Source: a bacterium (GTDB lineage Bacteria > Patescibacteriota > Minisyncoccia > Phycocordibacterales > UBA6065). Taken from it: DNA of 64,000 nt. This document shows, piece after piece, positions 20,516-31,566 of the stretch. Location: the NCBI GenBank assembly GCA_030680695.1, contig JAUXUT010000149.1, positions 167,801 through 231,800 on the forward strand. Reading direction: 5' to 3'. The translations under genes were made by a program, and so were the position numbers. Each line of letters begins with the position of its first letter. Within the stretch, counting starts at the first letter, position 1. The notes under the pieces were generated by a model that made no database searches, was not told the DNA's origin, and saw nothing but the letters and a program-made list of their open reading frames with translations.

Positions 20516-21106
20516 ATGTATACGGACACATCCGTGGCGACATACGCAAGCGGCACATATCACAACATGGGCCCGAGGACTTTTTGGTATCAATTTTATA
20601 AACAAGCGAGCCTGCCGTTCGGTGTTTTCGCTGTAGCTCTTGTCCTCGCTATTGCTCGCGCCCAAGGTTTCGTCCCAGCCGACATCGCGGTGCAAGTGCG
20701 AATGGCGGAACGATTCGGTATTTTGATTGCGGTGATTCTCGGCCTCATCGCATATTTCGTCGCCAAAATTGTTCATCGAAACAACACGTTTGCCCTTACG
20801 GATGATGCGCTCAAGATACGTCGCGGCGTTTTCAGGAAGGAAGAGTTCGCTATTCCGTATCGCCAGATCCAGAATACAGAAATCGAACGTACATTGACCC
20901 AACGCGTGCTCGGTCTTTCGACACTTATTATTCTCACGGCCGCACAGGAGCACGAGTTAAGTCGCCGTGATGAACCAGAGAGCATTATTCCGTCCATAGA
21001 CCGCGACAGGGCGGCGTCTCTTCAGGACGAGCTCCTAAAGCGTTCGAATACCCAGAAGGTGTCGCAAACCAACCTTCATGCGTTCACAACCCCACCAGGG
21101 CAATAA
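20516..21106 (+). CDS. Bacterial PH-domain (bPH_2/YdbS-like) membrane protein
   Basis: Two TM segments, then LKIRRGVF...IPYRQIQN...QRVLGLSTL; ATG 6 nt after TGcTATACT. Confidence 0.8.
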   Translation: MYTDTSVATYASGTYHNMGPRTFWYQFYKQASLPFGVFAVALVLAIARAQGFVPADIAVQVRMAERFGILIAVILGLIAYFVAKIVHRNNTFALTDDALKIRRGVFRKEEFAIPYRQIQNTEIERTLTQRVLGLSTLIILTAAQEHELSRRDEPESIIPSIDRDRAASLQDELLKRSNTQKVSQTNLHAFTTPPGQ

Positions 21107-21109
21107 GTC

Positions 21110-21658
21110 ATGCAAGAAGCCATCGCAAATCTCGACAACATCATACTGTACGCGGTACAAGCCGTGGGATCTTTCTGGTATTATCCCGCATGGTTTTTTT
21201 CTGAGGTCGTGGTTTCTACTCATTGGCTCGCACCGGCGCTTGCCTTGGCGTTGCTCCTTATCGGCAAGCGACGCGTGGCGCTCGAACTCATTCTTATATT
21301 CATTGTTGCGACAGGCTTCATCGTCGGTACCAAACAGCTTGTTGAATCGCCTCGTCCATATTGGAACGATACGCAGGTCGTTCAGTATGTCGTTGATGAG
21401 GATTTCGGAATGCCTTCAGGACACGCGGTTGTGTCGGTGGTGATACTGGGCTGGTTGTGGTGGAGGCACCCAAAGAGCATTATTTTGTCGGCCGCAGTGC
21501 CGTTTTTCATACTTATGGTCGGTCTTTCACGCGTGTACCTCGGCCTTCATTATCCGTCCCAAGTGATTGCAGGATGGGTACTTGGCGCGCTACTTTTGTG
21601 GCTGTTCTTGTGGCTTGATCGATGGTATTTTCGTCCGCGCGATACACACCATATATAA
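21110..21658 (+). CDS. PAP2 family phosphatase
   Basis: K-x6-RP, PSGH and SRVYLGLHYPSQ motifs. Confidence 0.9.
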   Translation: MQEAIANLDNIILYAVQAVGSFWYYPAWFFSEVVVSTHWLAPALALALLLIGKRRVALELILIFIVATGFIVGTKQLVESPRPYWNDTQVVQYVVDEDFGMPSGHAVVSVVILGWLWWRHPKSIILSAAVPFFILMVGLSRVYLGLHYPSQVIAGWVLGALLLWLFLWLDRWYFRPRDTHHI

Positions 21659-21684
21659 ACCGGATATAAAGTCGGGTTTAAATT

Positions 21685-22683
21685 TTAAATCTTGCGCGGA
21701 TTATAGTCCGCCGGGGCCTTGGCGAGCCACTCGCCGAGCGCGCTTTCCGTAAGAAGTCCGCGTTGTGCGCCGATGTCTTGCACTACTGATGCCGAGTTGA
21801 TTGGGGCCCAGGCGAGGGCATCTTCGAGGCTTTTACCCTTGGCAAGAGCAATGACAAATGTCGAGGCGAAGGCGTCACCCGCACCAGTCCTTTCAAACGG
21901 AGCCTTTGGATCAGGGTAGGTGGGCATGAAATATGCATCCGTGCCATCGAACGTATACGCCCCACGTGGCCCATCCGTTATGACGACTGTTTTTGGTCCC
22001 TGCTCGCGCATAAGTGACATCAATTTTTTCACATCAGATTCATCTGTTCTCAAAATTTTCTGGGCCTCTTCCTTGTTGCAGAAAAAGATATCCGAACGTT
22101 CATATAGGCCTTTCAATTTTTCGATGCCGAGCGATATTTGGAAAGTGCCTGGTTGGAAGGCAACTTTTATTTCTGGATTTGCTTTGAGCCACTCGATGAT
22201 GGCGGTGTGATATTCGTACGATGTCGAGCCGAGCGAGCTTACATAAACCCATTTCGGCTTGCGCGAGAAGCGGGGCAGGGTATATGGATATTCCTGATGT
22301 TTTACCAATATGGTCCTTTCATCGCCATACCACAGAACATAATGATAGTTAGTGGGCATGCCTTTGTGCGTGCGGACGTATTGCGTTTCTACGCCATCTT
22401 TGCGTAGCGAGGCGAGGCTTTCATCCGCATATCGGTCGCCGCCAAGGTCGGTGAGCAAGGCCGAGCGCAGTCCAAGGCGAGCGGCAGACACCGCAGCATT
22501 TGCACTGTTACCAACGGCCGCTACAACGGTAGCTGATTCGAACGGAATCTTGTCGCCGAATTTCATGCAGATTTCGCAGTTGTCCTTGTCTACTGAACAG
22601 GTCACATGCGCCTCCTTGAGTTTTATAAACGCGTCAACGACCGTGTCACCGATGGCGAGAAAATCGATTGGTTTGGAAAACAT
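21685..22683 (-). CDS. PfkB family carbohydrate kinase
   Basis: GNSANAAVSAARLG, NKEEA, RTGAGDAFAS. Confidence 0.9.
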   Translation of the reverse strand: MFSKPIDFLAIGDTVVDAFIKLKEAHVTCSVDKDNCEICMKFGDKIPFESATVVAAVGNSANAAVSAARLGLRSALLTDLGGDRYADESLASLRKDGVETQYVRTHKGMPTNYHYVLWYGDERTILVKHQEYPYTLPRFSRKPKWVYVSSLGSTSYEYHTAIIEWLKANPEIKVAFQPGTFQISLGIEKLKGLYERSDIFFCNKEEAQKILRTDESDVKKLMSLMREQGPKTVVITDGPRGAYTFDGTDAYFMPTYPDPKAPFERTGAGDAFASTFVIALAKGKSLEDALAWAPINSASVVQDIGAQRGLLTESALGEWLAKAPADYNPRKI

Positions 22684-22764
22684 GGGCATATTGTATCAGG
22701 GTTTGTACGGTTGCAAACGGGTCGGGTGGGCGTATGATGGTCCTCAAACCCTGTTCTTCTCTTT

Positions 22765-23256
22765 ATGAAAATCAAACTGCCTAGTAACTTCAAAGAGAGC
22801 TGGCAAGCCTTTTCGTTCTATGTGGTCATTGGTCTTTTCATTGCGAGTGTCGACAAGGTCGCCATAGGTGTGGTTGTGATCTTGCTCGGTATCTTCTTCC
22901 TTGTGACCCAATTCCTGCCGAAGGGCGACGAGGTCGATGATGAAAATGATGAAAGTCCTTGGACCATGAGCCGAAAAAATTCCTTGTCCACCCATCTGGC
23001 TCTTGGAGGTGTGATGGTGGAAGTCAGAACTCATGACGGAGGAGTCTTCATCGGCAAGCTCGCCGAGGCCAACAACTTCAGGATCACAAAAGGTTTCCTA
23101 CTCTTGCTCGATGTGGAAACTGTGCGGGCCAACTATGCGGACGACGAGGACATCGGCGACCTCAAAGCCGCTATCCGTAGAGGTGATCAAAAGACAGACA
23201 CGTTCAAATACGTGGATGTCGACATGGTGACCTCGATTGAGTCCGTGACGCGATAG
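22765..23256 (+). CDS. Hypothetical membrane protein (ORFan): two TM segments plus a possible Sm-like domain
   Basis: 163-aa ORF, hydrophobic N-terminus, terminator directly after the stop. Confidence 0.65.
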   Translation: MKIKLPSNFKESWQAFSFYVVIGLFIASVDKVAIGVVVILLGIFFLVTQFLPKGDEVDDENDESPWTMSRKNSLSTHLALGGVMVEVRTHDGGVFIGKLAEANNFRITKGFLLLLDVETVRANYADDEDIGDLKAAIRRGDQKTDTFKYVDVDMVTSIESVTR

Positions 23257-23261
23257 TAGCG

Positions 23262-23292
23262 AGCCCGCCCCGAAGGGGCGGGCTTTTTATTT
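23262..23292 (+). terminator. Intrinsic terminator
   Basis: AGCCCGCCCC-GAA-GGGGCGGGCT plus TTTTATTT. Confidence 0.88.
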
Positions 23293-23317
23293 GATTTTTG
23301 TCTAAAAATCAACGCTA

Positions 23318-23346
23318 TTGACTTTTGCATGAAATGGGTATATAAT
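23318..23346 (+). promoter_or_regulatory. Sigma70 promoter preceded by a 9-bp palindrome
   Basis: TTGACT-17 nt-TATAAT; TTGATTTTT-GTCT-AAAAATCAA at 23291-23312. Confidence 0.8.
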
Positions 23347-23450
23347 AGGGGATGAAGGGTGTGATTCCGGGATACGGGATGCATCAATCTGAGCCAACTG
23401 ATTGGGCTCTCTAAACATTCGATCATTGTTCGTTTACAGGGAGGGTTATT

Positions 23451-23822
23451 ATGAAAACTTTAAATATGCCTTTGGCGGCGTTCGGCGGTTTGTTGCATTT
23501 CGAAGGCGTGGATGCAAACAATACCGTCGGTGATCACCAAGGCACGGTCATGATTTCGGCTGAGGGTCTGAAAGTCCGTCGGTTGTCCGGGGACTTCATC
23601 GAGAGTCTCAAATCCGAGATTGAGAGGACCTTTCATGGGAACTGCACCATTGCGATCGAGGGCGACAACCGAATCACTTCGGTTTTCACCTGTAGGATTC
23701 GTGGTGGATCCGTCCGTGATAAGGCTCGCTTTATGCGCGCTGTTCGTTCCCGTCTCGGCGACTGCATCAAGCATGTCGAGCAGGGTATCGACGCAAGGTC
23801 CGCTTTCCCTAAAACGGCATAG
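23451..23822 (+). CDS. Hypothetical protein (ORFan)
   Basis: 123-aa ORF with GGGAGGG SD-like site, own promoter and terminator. Confidence 0.6.
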   Translation: MKTLNMPLAAFGGLLHFEGVDANNTVGDHQGTVMISAEGLKVRRLSGDFIESLKSEIERTFHGNCTIAIEGDNRITSVFTCRIRGGSVRDKARFMRAVRSRLGDCIKHVEQGIDARSAFPKTA

Positions 23823-23849
23823 CGGTACGGCGCTATCACCAGTTTCATC

Positions 23850-23880
23850 AGGAGCCCAGTTCGCTGAGCTCCTTTTTATT
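23850..23880 (+). terminator. Intrinsic terminator
   Basis: AGGAGCCCAG-TTCG-CTGAGCTCCT (one mismatch) plus TTTTATT. Confidence 0.75.
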
Positions 23881-23897
23881 TGTGCTAAAATGGCGCC

Positions 23898-24797
23898 ATG
23901 TCAAAATCCCTTCGCTCGTACATCGAAGACGCCCTCGCCAACAAGGTTGCTATTGGTCATTTCAATATTTCGGACGACCAAGGCTTTTGGGCGGTGGTGA
24001 ATGCAACCAAGAAGCTTTCAGCCGAGACGGGCCGCGAGATTCCAGTCATCATTGGCGTATCCGAAGGCGAGCGTGATTTTATTGGGGTCCCACAGATCAA
24101 AGCGCTCGTTGATAGTGTCCGCCAGGACGGATATCCGATATTTCTTAACGCCGACCACACGTATTCTTTTGATCGTGTGAAAGAAGTCGTGGACGCGGGT
24201 TTTGATGCTTTCATATACGACGGCACTGAACAGAGTTTTGACGACAACGTGGCGGCGACCAAGAAATGCGTCGAATATGCACGGACCAAGGCACATGAAC
24301 AGGGTCGCGATATCGTTATCGAGGCAGAAATCGGATTTATCGGTAAATCTTCTAAAATGCTCGATGCGATACCAGAAGGAGTACAAATAACGGAAGAATT
24401 TCTAACTAAACCAGACGAAGCAAAAGCGTTCGCTGAAACCACCGGTGTCGATATGCTTGCACCAGCTGTGGGTAATATTCACGGCATGCTCAAGGGTGGC
24501 AAGAACCCGGCGCTCAACATCAGCCGAATAAAGGCGATATCAGAGGCGGCTCGCGTACCATTAGTCCTTCATGGCGGATCAGGCAATTCGGCCGAGGACT
24601 TTAAGGCCGCGATTGATGCGGGTGTCGCCATCATCCATGTGAATACCGAGATACGCGTGGCCTACCGTGATGCTTTGGCCAAGGAGATGGCGGCGAATCC
24701 AGATCAGATTGCACCTTACAAGTTTTTGAAACCAGCCGTAGAGGCCATGGAAAAAGTAGTAGAGGAAAAACTGAAAATTTTCAACAAGCTTTCATAA
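23898..24797 (+). CDS. fba: Class II fructose-bisphosphate aldolase
   Basis: NADH, EAEIG, AVGNIHG, LVLHGGSG, VNTE motifs. Confidence 0.93.
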   Translation: MSKSLRSYIEDALANKVAIGHFNISDDQGFWAVVNATKKLSAETGREIPVIIGVSEGERDFIGVPQIKALVDSVRQDGYPIFLNADHTYSFDRVKEVVDAGFDAFIYDGTEQSFDDNVAATKKCVEYARTKAHEQGRDIVIEAEIGFIGKSSKMLDAIPEGVQITEEFLTKPDEAKAFAETTGVDMLAPAVGNIHGMLKGGKNPALNISRIKAISEAARVPLVLHGGSGNSAEDFKAAIDAGVAIIHVNTEIRVAYRDALAKEMAANPDQIAPYKFLKPAVEAMEKVVEEKLKIFNKLS

Positions 24798-24820
24798 AAT
24801 ATTTATAAATTTTTAAACCC

Positions 24821-26500
24821 ATGGATTCCATATCAGCACTCAAGGCTTTTCTTAAAGATTCGTTCAAAGGCGAGTGGGAAGATTCATCTGCAACCATCAC
24901 AAAATACAGCCGCGACGCTGGTCTTTTCGAAGTAACGCCACGCATCGTTCTATTTCCAAAAGACGCAGAAGACATCAAAGCTGTCGTGCATTTTGTCCGC
25001 GTAAATAAGGCGACGTATCCTGACTTGTCCATCACCGCACGCGCCGCAGGAACTGATATGTCTGGCGGGCCGATTAACGACTCGATCATTCTCGATATTG
25101 CTCGCAACATGCATGGCGTTATTTCTATGACCAAAGACCGCGCCACTGTTTTGCCAGGCACGTATTATCGTGACTTCGAGAAGGAAAGCCTCAAACAGGG
25201 CGTTATTTTGCCTTGCTATACCGCTTCGAAGAATCTCAACACCGTTGGTGGAATGGTTGCCAACAATTCGGCAGGCGAGAAAACCCTCAAATATGGCCAG
25301 ACCAAAGACTATGTCGAATCTCTTAAAGTCGTTTTTGCTGACGGTAATGAATACGAGGTCAAGGCACTCGATAAAGAAGGACTCAAAGCAAAGCTTGAAC
25401 AACAGGACTTTGAAGGCCAACTGTATCGCGATGTTTGGGACATCGTTTCGCGCAACGAGGCTCTTCTCGCAAACGCCAAGCCGAAGGTGAGCAAGAACGC
25501 TGCCGGATATTATCTTTGGAACGTTTGGGATCCGACAGCTGATGGCGGCAAAGGCCGTTTCGATATGGCTCAGCTTGTTGTTGGGTCACAGGGAACTCTT
25601 GGTATTGTGACCGAGGCGACCATTCGTCTTGTTCCGGTCAAGCCACTTTCCAAACTTTTCGTGATATTCATGCCGACAATCGACCGTCTCGGCGATGTCG
25701 TGAACGATCTCTTGCCGTTCAAGCCAGAAAGCCTTGAATCGTATGACGACAGCACCATGGCCCTCGCCGTTAAGTTCTTGCCGTCGATGGTCAAATCCTT
25801 GGGGCTTGTTCATTTCCTTCATCTTGCATGGAAATTTATTCCCGAGGCGTGGATGGCAATCCGCGGCGGTTTCCCAAAGCTCGTCCTTCTTGTAGAGTTC
25901 TCTGGTGATAATCTCGCCGAAATTGACGCACAAATCGACGCTGCCGAAGCCAAAGTCAAAGGTTATGGATTTAAAATGCGCCGCGCCGCCGACGAATTCG
26001 ATTCCGAAAAATATTGGACCATCCGTCGCGAGAGTTTTAATCTTTTGCGCCGTCACGTAACTGGTCGTCGTACAGCGCCGTTCGTTGACGACGTGGTTGT
26101 GCCGCCGCACGCTATGCCAGACTTCTTGCCTAAAATGCGAGCCATCCTCGACGAGTACAAATTGATGTACACAATCGCCGGTCACGCGGGTAACGGAAAT
26201 TTCCACATTATTCCTCTTATGGACATGGCTGATCCCGCTTCCTTTGCGTTAAACCGCAAAGCTATCGATGAAGTTTCAGACAAAGTTTATGAACTCGTGC
26301 TTTCGTATGGCGGATCGATTACTGGTGAGCACAACGACGGCATTGTCCGCACACCATACTTGCCAAAAATGTTTTCACCAGAAATCATGACTTTGTTCAA
26401 GCAGGCCAAGGACGCTTTCGATCCGACGAATATATTCAATCCAGGCAAGAAGATAGGTGCCACCAAGGAGTTCATGCTGAAGCACCTGTCGCGGAGTTAA
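24821..26500 (+). CDS. FAD-binding oxidoreductase (GlcD/D-lactate dehydrogenase-like, no Fe-S domain)
   Basis: ARAAGTDMSG, GGMVANNSAG, GSQGTLG, GHAGNGNFH, GEHNDG, FNPGK. Confidence 0.88.
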   Translation: MDSISALKAFLKDSFKGEWEDSSATITKYSRDAGLFEVTPRIVLFPKDAEDIKAVVHFVRVNKATYPDLSITARAAGTDMSGGPINDSIILDIARNMHGVISMTKDRATVLPGTYYRDFEKESLKQGVILPCYTASKNLNTVGGMVANNSAGEKTLKYGQTKDYVESLKVVFADGNEYEVKALDKEGLKAKLEQQDFEGQLYRDVWDIVSRNEALLANAKPKVSKNAAGYYLWNVWDPTADGGKGRFDMAQLVVGSQGTLGIVTEATIRLVPVKPLSKLFVIFMPTIDRLGDVVNDLLPFKPESLESYDDSTMALAVKFLPSMVKSLGLVHFLHLAWKFIPEAWMAIRGGFPKLVLLVEFSGDNLAEIDAQIDAAEAKVKGYGFKMRRAADEFDSEKYWTIRRESFNLLRRHVTGRRTAPFVDDVVVPPHAMPDFLPKMRAILDEYKLMYTIAGHAGNGNFHIIPLMDMADPASFALNRKAIDEVSDKVYELVLSYGGSITGEHNDGIVRTPYLPKMFSPEIMTLFKQAKDAFDPTNIFNPGKKIGATKEFMLKHLSRS

Positions 26501-26662
26501 TCATTATATTTTTGGGATATAGAAAAAATATTCTCTCTTATTTTGTTTAGGATTCAATTTACCTGCGGTGCTTTATCGTAATAAGACGAAGCTTAAGGTG
26601 CAAACCATCTTTTGGCGTCCTCGTGTTATACTTCTCTGTATTAAAGCTTAAGTAATAAAATC

Positions 26663-26845
26663 ATGGGAGTAGAATTTAACGAAGAAAATATCGGAAGGAG
26701 GGACTTTGGCGGAACGAAGGTTCCAAAGCTCGCGGGATGGCTCATATCAAGAGGTCTCGCAAAGGACGAAGCTGGCGCCAACAAGATCCAACTTATCGTC
26801 GCGCTTGTATTTTTCGCGCTCGCGATCCTCCTCTTTATTAAATAG
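26663..26845 (+). CDS. Small membrane protein
   Basis: 60-aa ORF with a C-terminal TM segment, 7 nt before dus. Confidence 0.65.
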   Translation: MGVEFNEENIGRRDFGGTKVPKLAGWLISRGLAKDEAGANKIQLIVALVFFALAILLFIK

Positions 26846-26852
26846 CACATCT

Positions 26853-27860
26853 ATGGAATACGGCTTTTGGAACAAGCTCCGACGGCCGTTTTTTGTGTTG
26901 GCGCCTATGGCGGACGTCACTGACGCTGCTTTTCGCCGTATCATTGCCAAGCGTGGCAGGCCAGATGTGTTCTGGACCGAATTCGTCTCGGCCGACGGTC
27001 TCTGCTCGCCCGGAAGGAAGGTCTTGCTCAAGGATCTAAAGTTCACGCGCAAGGAACGGCCCATTGTCGCACAATTGTTTTCGTCGCACCCAGACAAGAT
27101 GCGTGAGGCCGCACGACTTGTCGCAAAGCTCGGCTTCGACGGCATAGACATAAACATGGGTTGTCCGGACAAATCAATCGAAAAGCAAGGCGCGGGCGCG
27201 GCCATGATAAAAAATCCGGAAAGCGCCCGCGCCATAATCCGTGCCACAAAGGAAGGCATCGTCCTTGCTCGCAAGAAAATTCCTGTTTCTGTAAAAACTC
27301 GCATCGGTTATAACGAGAATCAGATCGAGACCTGGATTCCGCAGATATTGGAAGAAGGCGTGGCGGCGCTCACAATCCATTGCCGTACTCGAAAGGAGAT
27401 GTCGCTCGTTCCAGCCCGTTGGGAACATGTTCGCGAGGTTGCTGCATTACGCGATCGCATCGCTCCACAGACCCTCGTTATTGGAAATGGAGATGTTAAA
27501 GATCTCGCCGACGCACGGGCAAAGGCGGTCGAATTCGGCGCCGATGGGGTGATGCTTGGGCGCGCTATTTTCGGTAACCCATGGCTTTTTTCGGAACTTC
27601 ACACCAAGGATGGAAAACCATACGTTCCAACCCTTGAAGAGCGCCTCGACACCCTGGTCAAGCACACGCGTCTTTACGAGAAGCTCCTTGGCGACGTTAA
27701 AAGCTTTGCGGTCATGAAGAAGCATTTTAAGGCGTATGTATCCAATTTTGTAGATGCAAATCATTTGCGTTTACAATTGATGGAATGTCATGATTCAAAA
27801 GGCATGAAAAGGGAAATTAAGGCCTTCTTGAAGGCTCGCAAGGCATCAGATACAATATAA
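26853..27860 (+). CDS. dus: tRNA-dihydrouridine synthase
   Basis: LAPMADVTD, DINMGCP, SVKTRIG, GNGD, MLGRAIFGNPW; start corrected to ATG 26853. Confidence 0.94.
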   Translation: MEYGFWNKLRRPFFVLAPMADVTDAAFRRIIAKRGRPDVFWTEFVSADGLCSPGRKVLLKDLKFTRKERPIVAQLFSSHPDKMREAARLVAKLGFDGIDINMGCPDKSIEKQGAGAAMIKNPESARAIIRATKEGIVLARKKIPVSVKTRIGYNENQIETWIPQILEEGVAALTIHCRTRKEMSLVPARWEHVREVAALRDRIAPQTLVIGNGDVKDLADARAKAVEFGADGVMLGRAIFGNPWLFSELHTKDGKPYVPTLEERLDTLVKHTRLYEKLLGDVKSFAVMKKHFKAYVSNFVDANHLRLQLMECHDSKGMKREIKAFLKARKASDTI

Positions 27861-27865
27861 CTACT

Positions 27866-28723
27866 ATGAAAAATAAGAACATACTGACTGCCGTCGCCGT
27901 AATTCTGGTAATCCTCATTGGAATTGTTATTTGGAGGTCATCGGATAAGGAGGCGACTTTGGTACCGGTCGTTGATATGTCCACCTCTACTGCTGTCGCC
28001 AAATTGACGGCTGCGACTTGGGTTTGGACAGGTACGTTTATGAACGACGGGTCATCATCGATCACGCCGCGTCAGGCCAACGCTTTCACCGTTACTTTCA
28101 CGGAGGACGGCAGTGTATCTGGTACCACCGACTGTAACTCGTTCATGGGCGCATATTCAGTCAATGTTGGCGGCGCCATTTCTTTCGGTCCTCTCGGCAT
28201 GACCAAGATGTTTTGTCAGGGATCACAGGAATCTGCATTCGTCGGTGCCATCGCCCAGGCGAGCAGCACCAATTTCACTGATGCGGGTGACCTCGTTCTT
28301 AATCTCGCCATGGATTCAGGCAACATGACGTTCCGCCAGAAGGCTTCTCCATCGATTCCCGTGGTCAGATCTTCAGACGAACCTGTTGGGTTCGCGAATC
28401 TCTCGTACCGACTCATCGGCTACAAGAACATGTCTATGCCGACCGGAAACGACTACATCCTGACTTTCTCGGGATCGAATGGCATTTCAGCCAAGTTCTG
28501 TAACAGCATGTCTGGCACGTATTCTGAAAGTAAGGGCAAGATAACCGCCAACCTCATCTCGACGCTCATGTTCTGTGGCGAGCCAGATGGTCTCATGGAT
28601 GTCGAGGCTGCATTTGCCACGGCATTGTCAGAAGGTGTGACCCCGATTATTCAGGGCAATTATCTCGCCCTCACCGACAAGGATTGGAATCGATTTACGT
28701 TTGAACTCGTTCGTAAACGATAG
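27866..28723 (+). CDS. Membrane-anchored protein with two META (HslJ-like) domains
   Basis: GTTDCNSF...TKMFC and KFCNSM...TLMFC repeats; N-terminal TM segment. Confidence 0.82.
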   Translation: MKNKNILTAVAVILVILIGIVIWRSSDKEATLVPVVDMSTSTAVAKLTAATWVWTGTFMNDGSSSITPRQANAFTVTFTEDGSVSGTTDCNSFMGAYSVNVGGAISFGPLGMTKMFCQGSQESAFVGAIAQASSTNFTDAGDLVLNLAMDSGNMTFRQKASPSIPVVRSSDEPVGFANLSYRLIGYKNMSMPTGNDYILTFSGSNGISAKFCNSMSGTYSESKGKITANLISTLMFCGEPDGLMDVEAAFATALSEGVTPIIQGNYLALTDKDWNRFTFELVRKR

Positions 28724-28848
28724 TCAGGGTTTTAGGCTCACACGGCTGTTTTGGCGTTACGAGCTTCATTTTTTATTGATATTTTGCTAAGCTGGTCCCG
28801 TCAATAACTCATACCTACCCCTAGGAGCAATCCTCGGGGCAAACCCAT

Positions 28849-31500
28849 ATGTCAGCAGCGAGAAAGACCACAAAGACCGATTCAAAGAGCGATTTCAACC
28901 CAGGGGCCGATAAGCTCATTGTTAAAGGCGCGCGTACCCATAACCTTAAAAACATCACGGTCGAGATGCCGCGCAACAAGATGGTGGTATTCACAGGCCT
29001 TTCTGGTTCTGGCAAATCATCTCTTGCATTCGACACGATATTCGCCGAAGGCCAGCGCCGCTACGTGGAATCACTTTCGTCATACGCCCGCCAGTTCTTG
29101 CGCCAGATGCAAAAGCCAGACGTGGACGAGATTTCAGGTCTCTCGCCGGCGATTTCTATCGATCAAAAATCTCATTCGAATAATCCGCGATCAACTGTCG
29201 CAACTCAAACTGAAATATACGATTATCTGCGCGTGCTTTTTGCTCGCATTGGACGTCCGCATTGTCTCGTCTGCAATCGTGAGATAAAACGCCTAAGTAA
29301 CGAGGAAATCCTTGAAACCATTATCCATTCGGTGACGCACATCAAGACCGAGGAAAAGGGCACGAAAGTTATGGGTGTTGCTATCGACAAAGCCAAGGTA
29401 CGAATTTTTGCACCAGTTGTTGTCGGTAGGAAAGGCGAGTACTATCAAATGCTCTATGACTATCTCGGCAAGGGTTTCGAGAACGCAAAGGTAGATGGCA
29501 AGATGTATAAATTACGCGAGCGTATCGAACTCGAAAAGAATAAAAAACACGATATCGATATCCTTATTGATGAGTTCTATGTTAGCGAATTCAAGAACGA
29601 TCCAAAGGGCGTTCGTGAAAGGCTTTCGGAGGCAGTAGAACGCGCCATCCATGAAACTGGGGGTATGATCAAGATCGAAAGCCCCGGCAAAGACGAGAAC
29701 GGCGCACCGGCACCGCAGGAGAAACTCATGTCCGTTCGATTCATGTGCCCATACGACGGTTACGCTTTTCCAGAAGTCGAGCCGCGGCTTTTCTCGTTCA
29801 ACTCGCCATACGGAGCCTGCCCGACCTGTAACGGACTTGGAACGAAATACATTTTCGGTGATGAACCATGTGATTCTTGCAAGGGCGCACGATTACGTGA
29901 GGAAGCGATGCACGTATTAATCGGAGGCAAGAATATTGTTCAAGTGACAAGTCTTTCCATCAAATACGCTTGGGAGTACTTTAACGAACTCAACCTCACC
30001 GAAAAAGAAAAAGCCATCGCTAAGGCAGTCTTGCGCGAGATCGAATCTCGTTTGCGATTTATGCTCGATGTAGGTATCGAATATCTAACCCTCGACCGCA
30101 GGGCACACACATTGTCAGGGGGCGAAGCTCAACGTATCAGACTGGCATCCCAGCTTGGCTCGGGCCTTGTGGGCGCGTTGTATGTTTTGGACGAGCCGAC
30201 CATCGGTCTTCATCAGCGCGATAACGACCGCCTTATCAAGACCTTGGTGAATCTCAGAGATTTAGGAAACACCATATTGATAGTCGAGCATGATGAGGAC
30301 ACCATATTCGCCTCGGACTATATTGTGGATATCGGGCCTGGCGCCGGAACTCATGGCGGAAATGTTGTCGTGGCTGGATATCTCGAACCGCTGCTTACCG
30401 CAAAAACTAATCCGTCGAACTCGCTCACCCTTTCATATCTACGTGGTGAGACGAGTATCGAGTTGCCTGATTCACGTCGATCAATTGACCGCGGCAAGCT
30501 GGCCATCCGCGGAGGACATTCTTTCAACATCAAGGGGCTTGATGCCGATATTCCTCTGGGCAAACTCGTGTGCATTACAGGCGTATCAGGTTCAGGTAAG
30601 TCTTCGTTCATGTACGAGATCCTTCACAAGAACCTCCAGGCTCGTTTGGAAAAAAGGCATCGCACTAATGAGACTTTCAACACCAAAACCTTTACTGGAA
30701 CCGAATACGTTTCGCGTACTATTTTGATTGACCAGTCGCCGATTGGTCGTACCCCGCGCTCTAATCCCGCAACTTATACTGGCGCATGGACGTATATTCG
30801 TGACCTTTTTGCCGAGACCGTCGAATCGCGAGCCCGTGGTTGGAAAGCTAATCGATTCTCATTCAACGTCAAAGGCGGCCGTTGCGAGGCGTGCCAAGGA
30901 AACGGCGAAATAGCCGTCGAAATGCATTTCTTACCGACCGTATATGTGCCGTGCGAGGTGTGTCAGGGCAAACGCTTCACCAAGGACACTTTGGAGGTCG
31001 AGTACAAGGGCAAGAACGTTTTTGATGTTCTCAACATGACGGTGGAAGAAAGCATCAAGTTCTTCGAAGATATTCCTGCCATATATGATCGCCTGAAATC
31101 ACTTGCCGACGTCGGTCTTGGATATCTCGAGCTCGGACAGTCGGCAACGACGCTTTCCGGAGGCGAGGCTCAGCGCGTGAAAATATCGTCCGAGTTGTAC
31201 CGCCCAGACACCCATAAAACAGTTTTCCTTTTGGACGAGCCAACAGTAGGTCTGCATTACGAGGATGTTCGTAAGCTAATCGAGATATTGCAAAAGCTTG
31301 TTGATCACGGCAACACCGTCGTTGTCATCGAGCACAATCTCGACCTCATCAAATGTGCCGATTATGTTCTCGACATGGGACCAGAAGGCGGGGAAGGCGG
31401 AGGGCATATCGTCGCCAAGGGTACACCAGAAGATGTTGCCATGAATGCAAAGAGCCACACCGGGACGTACCTCAAGAAGATATTAAAGAGGGGTCGATAG
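28849..31500 (+). CDS. uvrA: Excinuclease ABC subunit A
   Basis: GLSGSGKSS and GVSGSGKSS Walker A motifs, two LSGGEAQR signatures, Zn-binding cysteines. Confidence 0.98.
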   Translation: MSAARKTTKTDSKSDFNPGADKLIVKGARTHNLKNITVEMPRNKMVVFTGLSGSGKSSLAFDTIFAEGQRRYVESLSSYARQFLRQMQKPDVDEISGLSPAISIDQKSHSNNPRSTVATQTEIYDYLRVLFARIGRPHCLVCNREIKRLSNEEILETIIHSVTHIKTEEKGTKVMGVAIDKAKVRIFAPVVVGRKGEYYQMLYDYLGKGFENAKVDGKMYKLRERIELEKNKKHDIDILIDEFYVSEFKNDPKGVRERLSEAVERAIHETGGMIKIESPGKDENGAPAPQEKLMSVRFMCPYDGYAFPEVEPRLFSFNSPYGACPTCNGLGTKYIFGDEPCDSCKGARLREEAMHVLIGGKNIVQVTSLSIKYAWEYFNELNLTEKEKAIAKAVLREIESRLRFMLDVGIEYLTLDRRAHTLSGGEAQRIRLASQLGSGLVGALYVLDEPTIGLHQRDNDRLIKTLVNLRDLGNTILIVEHDEDTIFASDYIVDIGPGAGTHGGNVVVAGYLEPLLTAKTNPSNSLTLSYLRGETSIELPDSRRSIDRGKLAIRGGHSFNIKGLDADIPLGKLVCITGVSGSGKSSFMYEILHKNLQARLEKRHRTNETFNTKTFTGTEYVSRTILIDQSPIGRTPRSNPATYTGAWTYIRDLFAETVESRARGWKANRFSFNVKGGRCEACQGNGEIAVEMHFLPTVYVPCEVCQGKRFTKDTLEVEYKGKNVFDVLNMTVEESIKFFEDIPAIYDRLKSLADVGLGYLELGQSATTLSGGEAQRVKISSELYRPDTHKTVFLLDEPTVGLHYEDVRKLIEILQKLVDHGNTVVVIEHNLDLIKCADYVLDMGPEGGEGGGHIVAKGTPEDVAMNAKSHTGTYLKKILKRGR

Positions 31501-31515
31501 GGTACAAAAAGATAT

Positions 31516-31549
31516 AAAAAAAGCCACACACGTGTGCGGCTTTGTTTTT
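31516..31549. terminator. Bidirectional terminator
   Basis: AAAGCCACACACGTGTGCGGCTTT hairpin with flanking A/T tracts between convergent genes. Confidence 0.75.
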
Positions 31550-31566
31550 CAGGTGCGTCGGTTTGG

